Positions 59,568 through 64,000 of a DNA stretch of 64,000 nucleotides are shown in pieces. The stretch is from NCBI GenBank assembly GCA_977016875.1, contig CDRNST010000036.1:5890001-5954000 (forward strand). Reading direction: 5' to 3'. Within the stretch, counting starts at the first letter, position 1; each line of letters begins with the position of its first letter. A model generated the notes under the pieces. The model was given only the letters and a program-made list of their open reading frames with translations. It was not told where the DNA came from and made no database searches. Position numbers and translations under genes: made by a program. The DNA is from Pavona decussata (lineage: Eukaryota).

Positions 59568-62500
59568 TTATATGGTCAACTGTAACATAGTCAAGCAGTT
59601 ATAAAAGATACAAATTTCAGTCAACAACTGGAAGCTTTAGAAGCTTTATAAAAAAAAGAAAAAGAAAAAGAAGTCGTTAATCACTGAACGAAAGAGATAC
59701 TAAAAAGTAGAATGCAATCTATAATTATAGTAAATTTTAAAATCATTCAATTCAAACAATTTTTATTTTAAAGAGGGATTTCAACTAATTGAAATTCTAT
59801 ACAAGAGTAATAAAGCCATTTCTAAAAATGTAAATACATTCTTTAACATGTACCATAAGAAGAATAGTGTAAAATTGAATATAGACGCTATCGTAAATAT
59901 ATCATGTTTATGGTACATCCCAAGCAGGATTTCTCCAAGCGAATATATGACCATGTAAAAATGTAATTTTGTAATAAAACCGCAATAAACTGCATCAGTA
60001 ACGCTTTATCATCAGTTCATTTGAGTATTGTCATGAGGAAGACTCACTTTAGCTGACGTAAAAACCTTAGATCAATAAAGACCTGTTAATTATCTTCTTC
60101 CTCGACGGGCTTAGCATTATTACCCATTTTTGTATTTTCCGGCCTTTCACTTTTGTCTTAAAGAGACTCGTAGGAAACACATTACATAAAAAATAATGGC
60201 TTTCACTCACAGATCTTCTCATTACAGATACAACCGATTAGCTCAATCCTCGTTTGAAAACCATTGAATGGAAATGGGATTTGTTTTAGACAAAAAAAGT
60301 TAGGAGAAGAAATAACTACATATTTTTACAAAAGCTTTAAGTTTAACTATTCCTTTATTTTAACGATCCGAAGTAGTACGCGCGTTTGGACAGTATGGAC
60401 TGAATAAAAATGGAATGATCGAGTTCGATCGAGTGAAGCAATATAATTAATTATAACTTATTCTACATCCTACAATAAACAATCGCCGTTCACTGAGATG
60501 GATCGATGTGACAAATATTGATATATTTGCATGCGTGTTACTAACACACCGGAAAGCATGTGACAGTTAAGCCCCAAGAAACCGGAGTTTCCGTAAGGAC
60601 TGCGGTCGAATTCGCTAAGAGGTACTTATACATGAAATAATTACGATGACATTTGAAGATATGCAGAAAGTGATGCTTTCAAAGACCCTTCAATGTGCTT
60701 TTCCATATAATTAATTTTCCCTGTCATGGTTATTTCTAGCTTTACCAAGTCATGCCATATTCACTGATGAACTGAAAACAGATATTTCAGCATGAAACGG
60801 GCCTTAAAATAACTGCACAATCAGGTCTGGAACTTAATTGAGACATTCGGCCACGTCTGAGTGATTTTCTTCGAGAAACATTCTCGGAGAGCCAGGGACC
60901 AGGGAAAGTCAAAACGACTGAAGAACATTTTGTGCGAAGAAATATCACGCGAAAACTGAATAAATGCAATTTTTTCTTGCAGTTATCTACACATCAGAAG
61001 TTGACAACTTGCCTCAATGAAAAACCTGAGACTTCTCAGTCTCTTGAGTATTTGCTCTATCATATTCCTTTCGAGTATAAAGTTCATAGTACGAACGTGA
61101 TTTAGATGGCAGTACTGGTCCAAGAATAACGTGAACCTATTGTAATCCCTTTTGCCGTTCACGCAGTATTTTTTCAGTGTTTCCTATAATATGGCTCCTT
61201 GCATTGACTGATTTTCTCTTGACCAAGTGATTTCATAGTCAATCAAACACTTACGCGGAAGTGGTCTTAGAGTCATACATACAACTGAAGTAAGTTCTTC
61301 CAACTTGTCTATTAGAAATATTGCACTTTGGCGCTGACGTTCAATGGAGGGAAAGATAACTTACAATAACGTTGAAAAAGATATTTCCTTCCAAAATATA
61401 AATAGACATATTGCAAAGAGACAGAATAATATCTAAAACACTGTTCTTTAAAACCAGTCTTGACCTACTTCCAGACCTACCGGGTGGTGCGTGGAATGAT
61501 TAGATGGTGAGTTTAGATGAATTTTCAATTCCGTTGCAACTGAGTCCGCTTAGCATTCTTAAAGATTTGAAGTGTCAAGCGTTGGCCAAACTGCTTTGTT
61601 CATACCCGGACTAATTCGTTGGTTCTGAGAACAGGAGAGTCGCAAGAAGCAACTAATTCATATTTAAATCCACTAGTGGAAGTGAAATATCGCGCCATAT
61701 GTGATGATCAGTCAGATTGTTATTCTTGTGTGTCGTGACTTCTCTCTAAGTAGCAAAATACTCATGCAAAATTATTGCCTTTCAGCTGTAGTCCCAATAT
61801 CATTTAACTGCTGTCGATAAATCATATCTCAATCAGGCTTTAAAATTAACGCGACACCATGAAACACAGCAAAGTACACTGCATGTGACAAGACCAGCAT
61901 CGCTTCATAATCGTAGCAGAACAGGTGCCACTTATTTAAAGAATGGTGAGGACTAACATTTTTATAGCACTCCCCGAAAAAAAAAAGGTTAAAATAGATG
62001 TTATACAGATATTTGCATGTTTCCGTGCTGTAAGTGCCACAACTTTAATGCTGATGGCTCCAGTAATTTTGTCGTCTTTTCGAAAATGTCAACGAAACTG
62101 TCTCATTTAAGTGTGGTAAACACGAATTGGGAGCTTATATGGTCACGAAACGTTTATAACCGGAACTTGCAGGTTGCCAAAAGTAAAAGAAAATGATACT
62201 TTTCTTACACACTCTTTAAATATTCGACATTAAACCCCTTGCATCTTCTTCTTTTTTTTTTTAAACATCATGTTTAGTTAACATAACAACATACTGTCGT
62301 TACACTTTTGTGAGTCTATCTCCAAGTGACATGACAATTTGTATTGATTCGTCGACGTCTTTTTGTGTACTTTAAGTGTACTTACTGTCTATTAAGGAAG
62401 AAAGCTGAAAGGTAAAAATAGGATCGCGTTTCCTCGCTCAGTAAAAGACAAATTAGTCACGCGACAACGGAAGGACTGACAAACTTCTGATATTACTTGA

Positions 62501-64000
62501 ATTCTAAGGCGGCCAAGACAACGAAACTTAAGGTGAAGAACAAATTTCTGTATCAGTCCACGCCATTTATTTGTATTATTTAAGCCACATTTTGTGAGCT
62601 GCATTAATTAGCAAACACAATTCTACAACTTAGAGTATTTAACTCGGCAAAATTAAATTGGCCAAAAAACAAAATTCTGGCAAAAAATTGCTAACTAGAG
62701 AAGTACTGACGAATCGATCACAAAACATCGACAGTAACTCAAAAGCAATTTATAAAATGAGAAAAGATAAAAGGAAAAGTTTCAGTAAACAAATGTGAGT
62801 AAGGGGATTCGATTGAATTTGTGGAATAACTGCAATACGCGCGGCTGAAGTTCAAAGTCTTCAAAAGCGAGGCTGACTGCCAATCAAATTCACGAAATTG
62901 TAGCATACCACGAAAGTTGTAACTTTTCTCTTCAAATAAGATGTCCATGAATTTTTTTTAATATAGCGAACCCAAATTTATATTGTTGAATCTCAAAACA
63001 CCACCCTCTCCTTCCCCCGCCAAAAAATAAAGGAAAAGAAGAAAAAAATTAAGGAGCTCAACACTAAATTAAATTGGAACCTCTTTGGTAAGTGTGAGGA
63101 GTTTCAGATTCTTAGAAGAGATTTTAATCTCGAATTTCGGTTGATACAACTGTCACCCAAAGAAGGATTTAAGAGTTATCTACGTTTAAGTGCTGCATTA
63201 TACTCCTACCGATGCAAAAATAATGTCGTGGAACTTGAATTAACAATTACCATTGTAAACCCGTTGATGATTTAAAAGGTTTTGAGGTCAGCGTCGCCAA
63301 ATATAGACTAAAATTCTCGACTTTCAATATTACTTTATCACATCCTTTGTTATTACTGCAACTTAAACGGATAAGGCAAGTGGTAAAGTGTAAGCGATAA
63401 ATCGAATCACGCAAAGTTTATCGAGGAAATGCGTTTTTGTCTCATTTAAGTACATTTTAGTATTTTGAATATAATGTCAAAGAAAAAAACATTTTGATAT
63501 AGCATGATATATAGACCCTTGCAGTGTACTATGTTCAACAGCAGCACCAAAGCACATGTTAAAACATGTACGCGGGTTTAATTTGAGGAAACTCATAAGG
63601 TAAGCTAAATGGATATTTTTGTTTAATTTAAGAATTTTAGTAGTTTTAGTCAGTACATAAAATTGGGAACTTTCAATGGCATAAATTATGGTTGTTTTTG
63701 GTTTAACAACACCAGTAGGCACTAAATCCGGTTGAAACAGTTAAACTTGTTCAATTTTTTAATCACTCTTCTCAATTATAAAACGCAGGGATGCCTATAG
63801 AATTTATTGTTTGGTTCAGTTTAAAACAAATTAGTCTTAAGTTATGTGAATAAACATCGCAAACTGCGCTGCTTTTTTGGATGGGTTGGGCGTTTTCGTT
63901 TGGAACGATTCAACGTTAAGGTTGTGATTGTGATCGTCATTCAAGAGGTGTGTTCGGTAGAAGAAGGACTCTGGCCAGCTAGCTGGCTATAGCGGAAATA

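Noticed and set aside
60000-64000. Scattered short ORFs and splice-like signals at the window end
   Set aside because: No coherent exon chain or recognisable protein motif.

Overview
Eukaryotic (animal) genomic DNA: AT-rich, with spliceosomal introns and many transposons. The repeat and gene content suggests an anthozoan such as a stony coral (inference). Four host genes are supported: (1) the last two coding exons of a TRPA1-like channel (+, 738-913 and 2209-2437); (2) a FAM53-like gene (-, 16182-16934); (3) an intronless, divergent Sox HMG-box gene (-, 32382-33011); (4) an 88-aa ORF with a canonically spaced BH3 motif and a Bim-like C-terminus, a candidate BH3-only pro-apoptotic protein (+, 58494-58760), preceded by a promoter-like cluster of FoxO/CRE/E2F/E-box/TATA motifs. 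Mobile DNA includes: an unclassified 1.66-kb DNA transposon with 16-bp TIRs, a 6-bp TSD and same-orientation subterminal repeat arrays; an intact 981-aa APE+RT LINE inserted in a decayed Tx1/L1-like element that has an 8-bp TSD; several PIF/Harbinger-type MITEs (one carrying an internal RT fragment, one nested); tRNA-derived SINEs; an RTE 5'-UTR relic; and a Penelope-type minimal hammerhead ribozyme relic. A ~7-kb head-to-tail segmental duplication with microhomology junctions spans 5741-12721. No rRNA, true tRNA or CRISPR array was found. All family assignments come from motif recognition by eye, not from database searches.
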